A stretch of 64,000 nt of DNA from Candidatus Eiseniibacteriota bacterium (GCA_963725865.1 CAVSAC010000014.1:960001-1024000); one strand, 5' to 3'; positions 47,595 through 57,663 are shown, counted from the first letter of the stretch. Program-made: numbers and translations. Notes: generated from the letters alone by a model not told the origin.

Positions 47595-49373
47595 TCAGCG
47601 GCGACGCCGTCCGCGTGCTTCGGCGGCGGGGTCGCGCGGAGCCTCGTCCTCGGACTCTTCGTCGTCCGCGATCTCGATGACGAAGTTGCCGGCAACGCGC
47701 GGCGGCAGGATCACGCGGTGCAGCGCGATCTCGAACACCTCGTCCATGGTCTCGACCGGGATCAGCTCGAGCCGTTCGCGCACGTCGGCGGGGACCTCGT
47801 CGAGGTCCTTGAGGTTCACGGCCGGGAACAACAGTGCGCGGAAGCCCGCGCGATAGGCGGCGAGCGCCTTCTCGCGCAGCCCGCCGACCAGCAGCACCTT
47901 GCCGCGGAGGCTGACCTCTCCCGTCATCGCCACGTCGTGACTGATCGGCCGGTCGCTCAACACCGACGCGATCACGAGTCCCACCGTGATGCCGGCGGAC
48001 GGGCCGTCCTTCGGCACTCCGGCGGCGGGGAAGTGGATGTGGATGTCGGTGTTTGCGAACACCTCGGCGTCGATCTCGAGCAGATCGGCGCGCGCACGCA
48101 CGTAGGAGTGCGCCGCCTGCACGGACTCCTTCATCACCTCGCCGAGCTGGCCGGTGGTCATGACCCGTCCCGAGCCCGGCATCTTGAGCGCCTCGACGAT
48201 CAGCACCTCACCGCCCGCGGCCGTCCACGCCAGGCCGGCGGCCACGCCGACCTCGTCGTCCTTGCCCGCCATCTCGGGCGCGTACACGCGGTGCCCCAGG
48301 TAGCGCTCCAGGCGCTCGAGGCTCGCCGTGTGCCGGCGGCCGTCGCCGGTCGCCCGCGCGCGCGCGACCTTGCGGCACACCGTCGCGATCTGGCGCGACA
48401 GCCCGCGCACGCCCGCCTCGAGGGTGTAGTGACGCACCATCGCCCGCAGCGCGTCCTCCGGGATACTCAAGTCGCGCGCGGTGAGCCCATGCTCCTGCAG
48501 CGCCCGCGGGACCAGGAAGCGGCGGGCGATCGCGAGCTTCTCGTCCTCGCTGTAGCCCGGCACCTCGATGACCTCGATGCGCTCCTGCAGCGCGTCGGGC
48601 ACCATGTCGAGGTTGTTCGCGCACAACAGCAGGACCGCGTGCGAGAGGTCGATCGGCAGGCCGATGTAGTGGTCGGTGAAGTGCGCGTTGCTCTCCGGGT
48701 CGAGCAGCTCGAGCAGCACCTCGGCCACGCCGAGACCGCCCTCGCCCACCAGCCGGTCCACGCCGTCGATCACCAGCACCGGATTCGTCACCCCGGCGTC
48801 GCGCAGCGCGCGGGCCACCCGCCCGGGCTGGGCGCCCGGCAGCGTGCGCGGCACGCCCGCCAGATCGCCGGCGTCGCTGGTGCCGGACACGCTGATGCGC
48901 ACGAACGGGCGATGGAGCGCGCGCGCGACCGCGGCGCCCAGCGAGGACTTGCCGGTGCCCGGAGGCCCCACCAGGCAGAGCGCGGGGCCGGGCAGGTCGT
49001 GCTTCAGGCGGCGCACGGCGAGGAACTCGACGATGCGCTCCTTGGCCTTCGCGAGACCGAGATGATCGCGCTCGAGCACCTGCTCGACCTGCTTGAGGTC
49101 GGCGTCCTCGGGTGCCGCGTGCTCCCACGGCAGCGACCAGAGCCACTGCAGATAGGCGCGGACCTGGGCGGCCTCGGGCGAACCCGAGGGCAGTCGACGC
49201 AGCCGGTCCATCTCGCGCTGCGCCTGTCGCGACACCTCGCCCGGCAGCGGCACCGCAGACGGACGGCGCAGCGGAGCCTCCTCGGGGACGCGATCGAGCG
49301 CCGCGCTCTGCGCGCGCATCGGGCGTTCTCCCTTGGGAGCGCGGAGGGAGCGCGAACGGGCGTTGCGGGGCAT
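47595..49373 (-). CDS. lon: Lon-family protease lacking the N-terminal domain
   Basis: GPPGTGKS, YTLEAGVR, PKDGPSAG (catalytic Ser), GGLREK (Lys); Walker B reads IDGVD. Confidence 0.88.
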   Translation of the reverse strand: MPRNARSRSLRAPKGERPMRAQSAALDRVPEEAPLRRPSAVPLPGEVSRQAQREMDRLRRLPSGSPEAAQVRAYLQWLWSLPWEHAAPEDADLKQVEQVLERDHLGLAKAKERIVEFLAVRRLKHDLPGPALCLVGPPGTGKSSLGAAVARALHRPFVRISVSGTSDAGDLAGVPRTLPGAQPGRVARALRDAGVTNPVLVIDGVDRLVGEGGLGVAEVLLELLDPESNAHFTDHYIGLPIDLSHAVLLLCANNLDMVPDALQERIEVIEVPGYSEDEKLAIARRFLVPRALQEHGLTARDLSIPEDALRAMVRHYTLEAGVRGLSRQIATVCRKVARARATGDGRRHTASLERLERYLGHRVYAPEMAGKDDEVGVAAGLAWTAAGGEVLIVEALKMPGSGRVMTTGQLGEVMKESVQAAHSYVRARADLLEIDAEVFANTDIHIHFPAAGVPKDGPSAGITVGLVIASVLSDRPISHDVAMTGEVSLRGKVLLVGGLREKALAAYRAGFRALLFPAVNLKDLDEVPADVRERLELIPVETMDEVFEIALHRVILPPRVAGNFVIEIADDEESEDEAPRDPAAEARGRRRR

Positions 49374-49465
49374 GCGGATGTCCTCCGGACCGAGTCGGCG
49401 AAGCAGCGGGATGGATGGACGACGTCAGGGCGACGGCCGGAGCCGGTCCCTGCCCATTGCGATTA

Positions 49466-49480
49466 GCAATTCGCTCGCCG
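49466..49480 (-). promoter_or_regulatory. Sigma54-like promoter upstream of lon
   Basis: CGGCGAGCGAATTGC (GG-N10-GC). Confidence 0.4.
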
Positions 49481-49731
49481 GGTCCGCGGAGTTTGGCCTG
49501 ACGAATCGCCGGGCCAACCAATCGTCTGTGGTGGAGGGGTTTGCAGTCCGGCTGGGGGCCACGCCCCGACGCGGCCGCCTGATCGACCCGGCCAGAGAGC
49601 GGCCGCCCGCGGGTTGGACCGCCCACGGACGTGGCACTGGGGACCAGCCCCGGAAACATTCGAGGGCCCGGCGCCTGCCGGGCCCTCGATGCGATCGCGG
49701 ATGCGAGGGAGGCTCGCGCCTCCGTCGTGCA

Positions 49732-50526
49732 CTAACGATAGATAGACTTGATGCGGCCCCAGGTCGACGAGGAGGCCGGCGTCGGCTGCCCGCCGCAGGT
49801 CTCATCGAACGTCGTGCCGACCGACAGATCGTCGACCTTGTACATCCAGCTCACGGCGGCGTTCTGACGGAAGCCATAAGCCGCGAGCCCACGGCCCGTG
49901 CCGCCCGCGTCCGTGCCCGAGACCGAGAGGCTGGTCTCGCTGGCCGGGTTGACCCACAGGGTCGCGACGCCAGTGGTCGCGTCGAACCGCGTGGCGATCA
50001 CGTACCAGGTGTCGACGCTGAGCGGGGTCGCCCAATTGACCGGGGTGTTCGCGGGACCGTTCGAGATCCCGATGGTGAACTGGGTGGCGTTGCCCGTGAT
50101 GCCGGCGATGAAGATCTTGCCCGTGAACGTCGTCCCGGTGGGGATGTTGTCCTTGAAGTGCGCGAAATAGGAGGGCGTGGTGCTCAACGCGACGCCCGAG
50201 CCCGGAATGAGGAGCTTCATGCAGGAGTAGCTCTTGTCCGTCGCGCCGGTGGTGATGGTGTACCCGGCGCCGAACGGACGGCTGTCATCCGGAGCGTTGG
50301 CGTTGTTGCCCACGAGCATGTTGCTGATGATCTGGATGTCGTTCGCGCCGCCACCGACGTTGCTGTGCGTGTACCAGCCGGTCGCGGGATTGACGACACC
50401 GGTGGCTCCACCGAGCGGCTGGTCGGGGAGCGAGAACGTCTCGGCGTAGAACACGGACGCCGACGCGGAGGCCACGAGGGCCGCCGTGAGTCCGAGAGCA
50501 AGGAGCGCGATGGTAGTCTTGCGCAT
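49732..50526 (-). CDS. Secreted lectin/LamG-like beta protein with C-terminal TWGRIKSIYR tail
   Basis: Signal peptide; DTWYVIATRFD...LWVNP...VDDL; ends PTPASSSTWGRIKSIYR. Confidence 0.75.
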   Translation of the reverse strand: MRKTTIALLALGLTAALVASASASVFYAETFSLPDQPLGGATGVVNPATGWYTHSNVGGGANDIQIISNMLVGNNANAPDDSRPFGAGYTITTGATDKSYSCMKLLIPGSGVALSTTPSYFAHFKDNIPTGTTFTGKIFIAGITGNATQFTIGISNGPANTPVNWATPLSVDTWYVIATRFDATTGVATLWVNPASETSLSVSGTDAGGTGRGLAAYGFRQNAAVSWMYKVDDLSVGTTFDETCGGQPTPASSSTWGRIKSIYR

Positions 50527-50936
50527 GGTGTGATCTCCCGATGGTGCTGGACTTGGGTGGGGAAAGGATTTCGGCTTGATTCCGTGTCCACGACGCACTT
50601 CGGAATGCGACCTCGTCCTAACCATGATCTTGATGCCCGTGTTCGGGGACGGGCGACCCTGTGACGACGGCAACGACTGCGGATACGTCACTAAGGTTAG
50701 ATGGAACCGGCGCAGGGCTCAAGCGGAAAGCGGCCGCAAAGACACGCCGGCGCGGACGAGAAGCGCTGGAAGGGACGCGGCTTGCGTTCTGCAACGGGGC
50801 ACGAAGTGCGGACATCCGGCCGCGCCTGCCGTCCCACGCACCCTCGGATCGGGCCGCTGGCGAGCCCACCGTCACCCGCACCGCGATCGCCCGGCAGGCG
50901 TACTCGCCGCGCACCGCTATCCCTTCGCGATTCCGG

Positions 50937-53099
50937 TCAGGAGGATGACCCGCGCAGGGGCCCGGGGGGGCTGACGTACGCCGAATGCCCCTGATAGAGC
51001 CTCAGCCGCGTGCCGATCTCGCGAGCGAGCGCGTCGGCGTGGCCCTCCCGGGCCAGAGTCACGGCCCGTCCCGCCACCCTCCCCGCCTCGCCATAGTCCC
51101 CGCCGGCAGCCAGCGCCGCGGCGTAGGTGTCGAGGACCTCGGGGCGGCGGCCCTGGGTGAGCTCCACTGCTCGAAGGGCCAGCCGCCTGGCCAGGGTGGG
51201 ATCCCTCAGCGTCGGATCGGGGCTGGTGGCCAGGAGCCACGCCAGCGTGTTCAGCGCCGGCGCCCAGTCGGGGCTCAGTTCGATGGCGCGTCGCAGGTGG
51301 ACGATCGCCTCGGGAGTGCCCCCCGGGACCAGGAGGAGCACGGCGGCCAGGTCGTAGCGGAGTTCGGGGTCGGTCGGAGCTCCGGCCACCGCGCGGCGCA
51401 GCCACGCGGCGCCCTCCGCGAGCTGGCCGTCCTGGATCAGCGCCTGACCGAGCGCGATCAGCGCCTGCTGGAAGTCGGGCTGGATGCGCACCGCCTGCCG
51501 CAGGTACCCGGTCGCCTCGCGCGCATTCCCGGCGGCGCGCAGAGTCGCACCCAGCGCACCGAGGATGTCGGGGTCATCCGGCCGCAGCTCGCGAGCCATC
51601 CGGAGTTGTTCGAGGGCCTTCTGGATCTGCCCCCGGCCCGCCAGCAGGATGCCCAGGTTGTAGCGGGTCTCCGCGACCCCCGGCTCCAACGCGACCGACT
51701 CGCTCAAGAACCGGATCGCGTCATCGGGCTTCGACTCGGACACCGCCATCAGCGCGAGGCCGTTCTTCACTGCGGGGGCATCGGGCGCCAGCCGATCCAT
51801 GTGGCGGAACAGCGTGGGCGTGTCCTTCCAGTGAAGCAGCGTGGCGCGCACGCCGCAGGCCTCGGCCCCCAGGATCAGCACCACCGGGATCGCGAGCAGC
51901 CACTTCCACGCCATGGGGCGCCGCCCGGCACTCCAGGCGGCGAGCCCTGCCGCGATCGTCAGCATCAGGCCGACCGCCGGGAAGTAGACGTACTTGTCCG
52001 AGGCGATCACCCAGCTGTATTTCACCAGTCCGAGGGTCGGCGCGATCGCGATCACGAAGAACGCCACTCCCGCCAAGGGCCCGCGCGTGCGACGGGCCGC
52101 GAGCAACAGGACCGCCGCCAGACCGAGGACGACCGCCACGCCCAGCGTCACCGCCGGATTCGAGAGCTCGAACGGCTTCGGGGGTGGATAGACGCACGTC
52201 AGGTTCACCGGGGCGAGGATCTTGCCCAGATAGAATGCGATCAGATAGCCGGCGTGAAGGGGCCACTGCAGCATCCCCGCCTGCGTCGTGGGCACGATCG
52301 TCGCCGAGTGCTGGTGCGAGACCAGCGTGATGATCGCGGACGCAAGGGAGAGTGCGAAGTAGGGCCACTTCTCGAGGACTGCGCGGGCGTTCAATCGCTT
52401 CAGCGGCCACCAGTCCATGACCAGCATCAGCAGCGGCAGCATGGTGACCGTCGGCTTGGAGAGCAGCGCGAGCACGAAGCATCCCAGCGACGCGGCCCGC
52501 CATCCCCTGGGCGAGCGCCGAAGCGACTCGACGTAGGCCACCAGCGCGGCCAGCGCGAAGCAGGCAGCCAGCAGCGTCTTGCGCTCACCCACCCACGCCA
52601 CCGGTTCGACCGTGAGTGGGTGCAGGCCGAACAGCAGCCCCGCGATCACCGCGGGGAGCAGCACGCCGAACAGGCGGTACATCAGCAGCACGAGCAACGC
52701 GGTGGTGAGCAGGTGCAGCGTCAGGCTGGTGCGATGGAACACCCGCAGGTCGTCGGGCCGCCCGCCGAGCGCGTAGTCCACCATGAGCGACGTCATCGAG
52801 AGCGGCAGGTAGTAGCCCCGCACCGTGGAGGGGCGGAGCACCTCGCGGAAGAAGCGCGCCGTGGATCCCCAGCCGGGGTGGGTGACGAGCGGGTTGTTCT
52901 TGACGAAGTCGCTGTCGTCCAGCGACGAGGCCTGCGAATCGAGCACCGGCCAGTGCGCCACCGCCACCAGCGCCACGACGAGCAACAGGGCGCCGGCCAC
53001 CGCCCCCGCGCCGCTGGCCGTGGCGCGCCGCGAAATCGGAGGTCGGGTGGACCCCGACTCGGGCACGTCCGGGGCGGAGGCGGTGCTCGAGCGGGCCAT
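50937..53099 (-). CDS. TMTC-like membrane glycosyltransferase with TPR repeats
   Basis: LDD luminal motif, YYLPL, LHPLTVEPVAWVGER, ALLSKP, DKYVYFP, C-terminal TPRs. Confidence 0.85.
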   Translation of the reverse strand: MARSSTASAPDVPESGSTRPPISRRATASGAGAVAGALLLVVALVAVAHWPVLDSQASSLDDSDFVKNNPLVTHPGWGSTARFFREVLRPSTVRGYYLPLSMTSLMVDYALGGRPDDLRVFHRTSLTLHLLTTALLVLLMYRLFGVLLPAVIAGLLFGLHPLTVEPVAWVGERKTLLAACFALAALVAYVESLRRSPRGWRAASLGCFVLALLSKPTVTMLPLLMLVMDWWPLKRLNARAVLEKWPYFALSLASAIITLVSHQHSATIVPTTQAGMLQWPLHAGYLIAFYLGKILAPVNLTCVYPPPKPFELSNPAVTLGVAVVLGLAAVLLLAARRTRGPLAGVAFFVIAIAPTLGLVKYSWVIASDKYVYFPAVGLMLTIAAGLAAWSAGRRPMAWKWLLAIPVVLILGAEACGVRATLLHWKDTPTLFRHMDRLAPDAPAVKNGLALMAVSESKPDDAIRFLSESVALEPGVAETRYNLGILLAGRGQIQKALEQLRMARELRPDDPDILGALGATLRAAGNAREATGYLRQAVRIQPDFQQALIALGQALIQDGQLAEGAAWLRRAVAGAPTDPELRYDLAAVLLLVPGGTPEAIVHLRRAIELSPDWAPALNTLAWLLATSPDPTLRDPTLARRLALRAVELTQGRRPEVLDTYAAALAAGGDYGEAGRVAGRAVTLAREGHADALAREIGTRLRLYQGHSAYVSPPGPLRGSSS

Positions 53100-53224
53100 G
53101 GCGGAATCCTATCGGGTGCGCTCGGCGAGCCTCAAGCGCTGACTGGCTCGACGGACGCCGGGGTGCTCGGCGTCCGCGCGCGGAGTCCTCGAGCCGCGGT
53201 CGCGATGGCGACGCGCGTTCGCGC

Positions 53225-54247
53225 TCAGTGCGGGGTGGGAGGAGTCTCGGCCACCGCCACCTTGTCGAGCAATCGCACGACGTCCGCGAATCGGGTGGCG
53301 CCGGTGGGCGCTCCGAGCACGACCGCGATCAGGTCGCGGCCCTGGTCGCGCACCCAGGTCGCGAAGCAGTAACCCGCCTCGCTGATGAAGCCGGTCTTGC
53401 CCCCGAGGATCTCGTAGCGGCTGCCGAGCAGCCGATTCGTGTTGTAGACCGCGTGATCCCAGCGATCGCTGCGGAACTCGTAGGTGCGGGTGGTCGTGAT
53501 CTCGCGGAACAGCGGCTGCCCGGCCGCGGCCCGCAGCAGGCTCGCGATGTCCGCGGCCGTCGACACGTTGCGTTCGTCGAGCCCGGTGAACTCCACGAAA
53601 TGAGTGTGCGTCAGGCCCAACTCGGCGGCCTTGCGGTTCATGCGCGCGAGGAAATCGTCGGCCGACAGCCCCGACTCGCGCGCCAGCACGCGGGTCGCGC
53701 AGTTGTCGGAGCACATGAGGCTCATGTGCAGCAAGTCGCCCAGGCGCACGTTCTCGCGGTTGTGCAGGCGCGTGCGGCCGGCGCCTTGGAGCTCGACGCG
53801 CGTCACCTCGACCTCGCGATCGAGGTCGGGCTGCAGCTCCAGGAACACCATCGCGGTCATCAGCTTCGTGAGGCTCGCGATCGGCACCAAGGTGCCGGCG
53901 GCCTTCTCGAACAGCACCTCGCCCGTGCCCGGATCGATGACGATCGCGTTGCGGGCGTACACGCCGCCGGGCGGTGCGCGGCGGGCGCGGCGGACGCGGG
54001 CACGCCGGGTCGTGCTCGCCCGCGACTTCGGGTGCGTGGCGGACGACCGCTGGACGGCGGTGGTCCGCCCGCCGGGGCTCGAGGTCTGCTTCGCAACCGG
54101 ACCGGCGGTCCGGTCGCGCGTCGCCGGATGGGCCCTGGGATTGGTCTTCCGGGGGGTCGTCGTGGCGGCATCGGCCATCATGGCGGTGCCCGCCAGAACG
54201 CCGGCGAGGAGCAGAGCGCTCCAGCGCCGTGCGGTGCGGTGCAGCAT
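53225..54247 (-). CDS. D-Ala-D-Ala carboxy/endopeptidase (peptidase S11, PbpG-like)
   Basis: SxxK (ASLTK), SDN, KTG; signal peptide. Confidence 0.92.
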   Translation of the reverse strand: MLHRTARRWSALLLAGVLAGTAMMADAATTTPRKTNPRAHPATRDRTAGPVAKQTSSPGGRTTAVQRSSATHPKSRASTTRRARVRRARRAPPGGVYARNAIVIDPGTGEVLFEKAAGTLVPIASLTKLMTAMVFLELQPDLDREVEVTRVELQGAGRTRLHNRENVRLGDLLHMSLMCSDNCATRVLARESGLSADDFLARMNRKAAELGLTHTHFVEFTGLDERNVSTAADIASLLRAAAGQPLFREITTTRTYEFRSDRWDHAVYNTNRLLGSRYEILGGKTGFISEAGYCFATWVRDQGRDLIAVVLGAPTGATRFADVVRLLDKVAVAETPPTPH

Positions 54248-54288
54248 GGAACCTCCTGGTCATGTCGGAGAGGCCGATCCGTCCGTGG

Positions 54289-54317
54289 TATCGGCGCAGA
54301 CTGCACCGCGACTTTAG
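54289..54317 (-). promoter_or_regulatory. Sigma28 (FliA/WhiG)-like promoter
   Basis: CTAAAG-N16-GCCGATA. Confidence 0.5.
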
Positions 54318-54336
54318 GCGAGCCGCACCCGCCCGG

Positions 54337-55059
54337 TCAACGGTCCGTGCGCGGCAGGTCCTCGCGCAGGAACAGCAGGAACGACTCCACCGCCCGCACG
54401 GCGAGCGTATCCGCCTCCGCCAGCGCCGCGAGCGCGTAGGAATCGCGACAGTCGGCGACGCGCGCCGGGATCTCGACGCGATACAGGGCCAGCACCGCGC
54501 GGAACCGGCGCTCGCCCTCGACCCGCGCGCTGTCCGGCACTTCCCGCAGGTTGAGCCGCGCGGAGCGCAGCACCTCGGGCACCCGGCGCAGGCGCCGGGC
54601 GGCCTTGCCGGCTCCGCCGCACGCGCCACCGCGGTCGAGCGCGCCGCGCACCGCGTCACCCGCCAGGTCGCCGTAGCGCGCCGGGTCGCGTTCCCACGCC
54701 CGTTGCTCGTCCTCGATCGCATGCCACGCTTCCAGCTGGCGGTGGAGCGAATCGCGCAGCGCCGCCTGGCGGGAAGACAGGCGCGCGTCGGGCAGCGCCG
54801 CGAGGCGGGCGCCGAAGTCGGCACGCCAGGCGCGATCGGCCGCGATCCACGCAGGCGTGACCGCCACCAGCAGGCCGTCGTTCGCCCGCAGGCCGGCCCG
54901 CGTGGCCTCCCACGGGCGCTGCTCGAGCAGGTGCGCGGCCCATTCGCGCTCCAGCGCCGCCAGCGAGGGGGCGGCGGTGGCCGTGCGTGCGGCGGGCGCG
55001 GACATCACGAGCGTCGCGGCGAGCACGCCCGCGAACGCCAGGCGCGCGGTGGGCGTCAT
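54337..55059 (-). CDS. Secreted helical protein resembling the N-terminal part of DUF885 proteins
   Basis: Signal peptide; 'PWEATRAG..ND..L', 'WERDPARY', 'RLRRVP..L..AR.NL', 'FLREDLP'. Confidence 0.55.
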   Translation of the reverse strand: MTPTARLAFAGVLAATLVMSAPAARTATAAPSLAALEREWAAHLLEQRPWEATRAGLRANDGLLVAVTPAWIAADRAWRADFGARLAALPDARLSSRQAALRDSLHRQLEAWHAIEDEQRAWERDPARYGDLAGDAVRGALDRGGACGGAGKAARRLRRVPEVLRSARLNLREVPDSARVEGERRFRAVLALYRVEIPARVADCRDSYALAALAEADTLAVRAVESFLLFLREDLPRTDR

Positions 55060-55193
55060 GCGAGACCTCCAGCCAGGATCCGGTCGGGAAGCGATCGACA
55101 GGTCGCGCGCGGGGGAGACGGCAGGCGCGCGTGTGCATCTCACCACGGCTGGCGGCCGCGGACAAGCCGGTGGGACCGCGAGGGCGGCCGGAG

Positions 55194-55907
55194 TCAGACG
55201 GTCGGAGGCTCGGAACGGCCCGGGCGATCGAACGCGAACGCCATGCGCGAGGGATCGGTCCCGCACGTGACCTGCACGCGGCGTGGGTCGATCGTCACCC
55301 GCATCCCATCGCCGCATCCGCCGATCGAGTCCTCGAGGCCGCCCATCAAGCCGGCGTCGTTGAGCGCGCGCGCAGGGACGTCCCACGCCAGCGCGGTGAG
55401 TCGCGTGACGAGCGACGCCGCGGTGCCGGGCGAGGCTGCGGATTCCCCGAGCCCCGGCGCGTACTCCATCGTCAGCGAGGGTGCCAGCTCGGGCACCACC
55501 GGCCGGCTCTCGCGCGAAGCGAGGCCGGAGGACAGCGCACGCTGGACCTCGGTCAGATCGAACGGCTTCCGCAGGTACTCGTGGGCGCCCATGCGCACCA
55601 CCGCCAGCGCGGACTCGAACGACGGGTAGCCGGTCATCACCACGACCACCAGGCCCGGGTCGATCTGGCGTGCGGCGCTCACCAGGGCGGCGCCGTCGAA
55701 GCCCGGCATCCGCAGGTCGGTGACGATGGCGTCGAACGTGGAGCGCCGAAGGTGCTCGAGAGCCTGATGCCCGTCGGTGACGGCGACCACGCGGGCGCCG
55801 AGATGGGCGAGGTAGTCCACGAGCATCTCGCACACCTCGTTCTGGTCGTCGACGACGAGGATGGCGCGGCCGAGCAGCGGGGATGGATGCGGAGCGGGCG
55901 TGCTCAT
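55194..55907 (-). CDS. Response regulator (REC plus uncharacterised C-terminus)
   Basis: ILVVDD, TDLRMPGFDG, VMTGY, YLRKPF. Confidence 0.85.
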   Translation of the reverse strand: MSTPAPHPSPLLGRAILVVDDQNEVCEMLVDYLAHLGARVVAVTDGHQALEHLRRSTFDAIVTDLRMPGFDGAALVSAARQIDPGLVVVVMTGYPSFESALAVVRMGAHEYLRKPFDLTEVQRALSSGLASRESRPVVPELAPSLTMEYAPGLGESAASPGTAASLVTRLTALAWDVPARALNDAGLMGGLEDSIGGCGDGMRVTIDPRRVQVTCGTDPSRMAFAFDRPGRSEPPTV

Positions 55908-56704
55908 GCGACCTTCCTCTCCTCGGCGGCACTGCGGCGCCGCACGAAGCGGATGCGCCGGCCACCGTCGTCCACGGTCACTTCGTCCATGAGCGCGCGC
56001 ACCAGTGCCAGCCCGTGGCGACCGCCTCCGGACTCGGGCGGGGCGGAGTAGCCGTCGCCCCCGTCCTGAACCTCGCAGGTGATCGTGTCGGGACCGATCT
56101 CGGCCCTGAACCTCACCATCCGCGCGCGCTCGAACCGGTGCCCGTGCTGCATCGCGTTCAGCAGCGTCTCGAGCACGCAGAAGCGGAACGCCGCGCGCGA
56201 GGACACGTCGAACTCCGCGCCGGTCTCGGCCACCAGGCGCTCGAGCACGTTGAACGCGCCCGCGCGAAGGCCCGGATCGGAGGGCACCTCGAACGCGCAT
56301 CGCAGCGTGCCGGGCACCGGGCCCACGGACTGCCGCGGGCGGTACTCCAGCGCGCGAGTGACCGCGGCGCGGATGGTCGTCGCATCGAACGGCTTGGGCA
56401 GGAACTCGACGGCGCCGAGCTTGCCGGCGCTGACCGCGTCGTTGAGGGTGCCGAAGCCGGTGACCACGATGAACGCGGTGTCCCCCGCGAACGGGCGCGC
56501 CTGTTCGAGCAGCTCGAGTCCCGACATGCCGCGCATGCGGAGGTCGGTGACCACCACATCGGGAGCCTGGCGCCGGATCCGCTCCAGCGCTTCGGCGCCG
56601 GTCGCAACGGTCTCCACCTCGACGCCCAGCGCCCCGATCGCGACCCCGAGGAACGAGCGCAGCAGGTCTTCGTCGTCCACCACGAGCACGGTTCGCTTCG
56701 ACAC
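55904..56704 (-). CDS. Response regulator fused to RsbW-like HATPase (anti-sigma/Ser kinase)
   Basis: VLVVDDE, TDLRM, KPF; ETLLNAMQHG, VQDGGDG, GRHGLALVRALMDEV. Confidence 0.85.
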   Translation of the reverse strand: MSKRTVLVVDDEDLLRSFLGVAIGALGVEVETVATGAEALERIRRQAPDVVVTDLRMRGMSGLELLEQARPFAGDTAFIVVTGFGTLNDAVSAGKLGAVEFLPKPFDATTIRAAVTRALEYRPRQSVGPVPGTLRCAFEVPSDPGLRAGAFNVLERLVAETGAEFDVSSRAAFRFCVLETLLNAMQHGHRFERARMVRFRAEIGPDTITCEVQDGGDGYSAPPESGGGRHGLALVRALMDEVTVDDGGRRIRFVRRRSAAEERKVA

Positions 56705-56743
56705 AGCCGCATCCCCCCTGAGCCGAGGAGTATCCGAACGGGG

Positions 56744-56771
56744 TTTCGGCACTTCGGGAGCCGGACTTTGG
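56744..56771 (-). promoter_or_regulatory. Sigma28-like promoter
   Basis: CCAAAG-N15-GCCGAAA. Confidence 0.4.
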
Positions 56772-56934
56772 CCAGTTATCCCGGACGAACCCAGGCCAGC
56801 TCGTGCGGGACGGCCGAAGCCCGCGGGCGCGGCGGCGGCGCGCTCGGTGACCGCGCCTCGCGCCCCGTCGGCGGCCCGGGCTCCCGCAGCCGCCCGCGCG
56901 GAGCTGCGGGGCGCCGGGGGGGGCACCGCCCCGA

Positions 56935-57663
56935 TCAGGGCCGCGTCACCACATCCTTCACCAGCGTCATCGGGTCGCTCACCCGCAGCGGGGCCACCGA
57001 GAGATAGGCCTGCGCGTGGCGCACCCCGATCTGCCACCCCCAGTAGCGGGCGAACGCCTCGAACGCCTCGCGGGCGCGCGGGACGTGCTCCGGGTGCGGT
57101 CGTTCGGGGTTGTAGAACTGACTCTGGTGGCAGTCGATCGCGTTCATCCAGTCGTCGAAGTGCTCGCTCACGTCCACGATGAACGTGGGCGTGGTACCGG
57201 GCGGCAGGAAGTAGAAGAAGATCGCCTTCGCCTGATGCGGCTCGCCCTCGATCGGCGCCTTGCGCAGGTGCGCCAGGTTGTACGCGTTCGCGACGATCTG
57301 CCCGGTCTTGTAGTGGTCGTTGTGCCCGAGCCCGCGCCCGATCGGCAGCATGTAGTAGGGCGCGAGCACGATCGAGGGCCGGTTGCGCCGGATCGCCGCC
57401 GCCGCCGCACAACGGTTCTCGAACGTGTCCTCGATGCGACAGTCGCCGAGGTCGAGATTCTCACGCACGTCGAGCTGGAGGATGCGCGCCGCCTGCGCGC
57501 TCTCCTCGCCGCGGCCCTCGGGCGTGCCCCAGCCCATGTCGCCGGTCGTCATGTCGACGATCCCGGTGGTGTGCCCGAGCGCCTTCATCTTGCGGAACAG
57601 CCCGCCACAACCGATCTCGGCGTCGTCGGGATGCGGCCCGAACGCGAGCAGATCGACAGCCAT
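56935..57663 (-). CDS. PIG-L family deacetylase (BshB1-like)
   Basis: GPHPDDAEIGCGG, HNDH, FIVDVS, CHQSQF. Confidence 0.88.
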   Translation of the reverse strand: MAVDLLAFGPHPDDAEIGCGGLFRKMKALGHTTGIVDMTTGDMGWGTPEGRGEESAQAARILQLDVRENLDLGDCRIEDTFENRCAAAAAIRRNRPSIVLAPYYMLPIGRGLGHNDHYKTGQIVANAYNLAHLRKAPIEGEPHQAKAIFFYFLPPGTTPTFIVDVSEHFDDWMNAIDCHQSQFYNPERPHPEHVPRAREAFEAFARYWGWQIGVRHAQAYLSVAPLRVSDPMTLVKDVVTRP

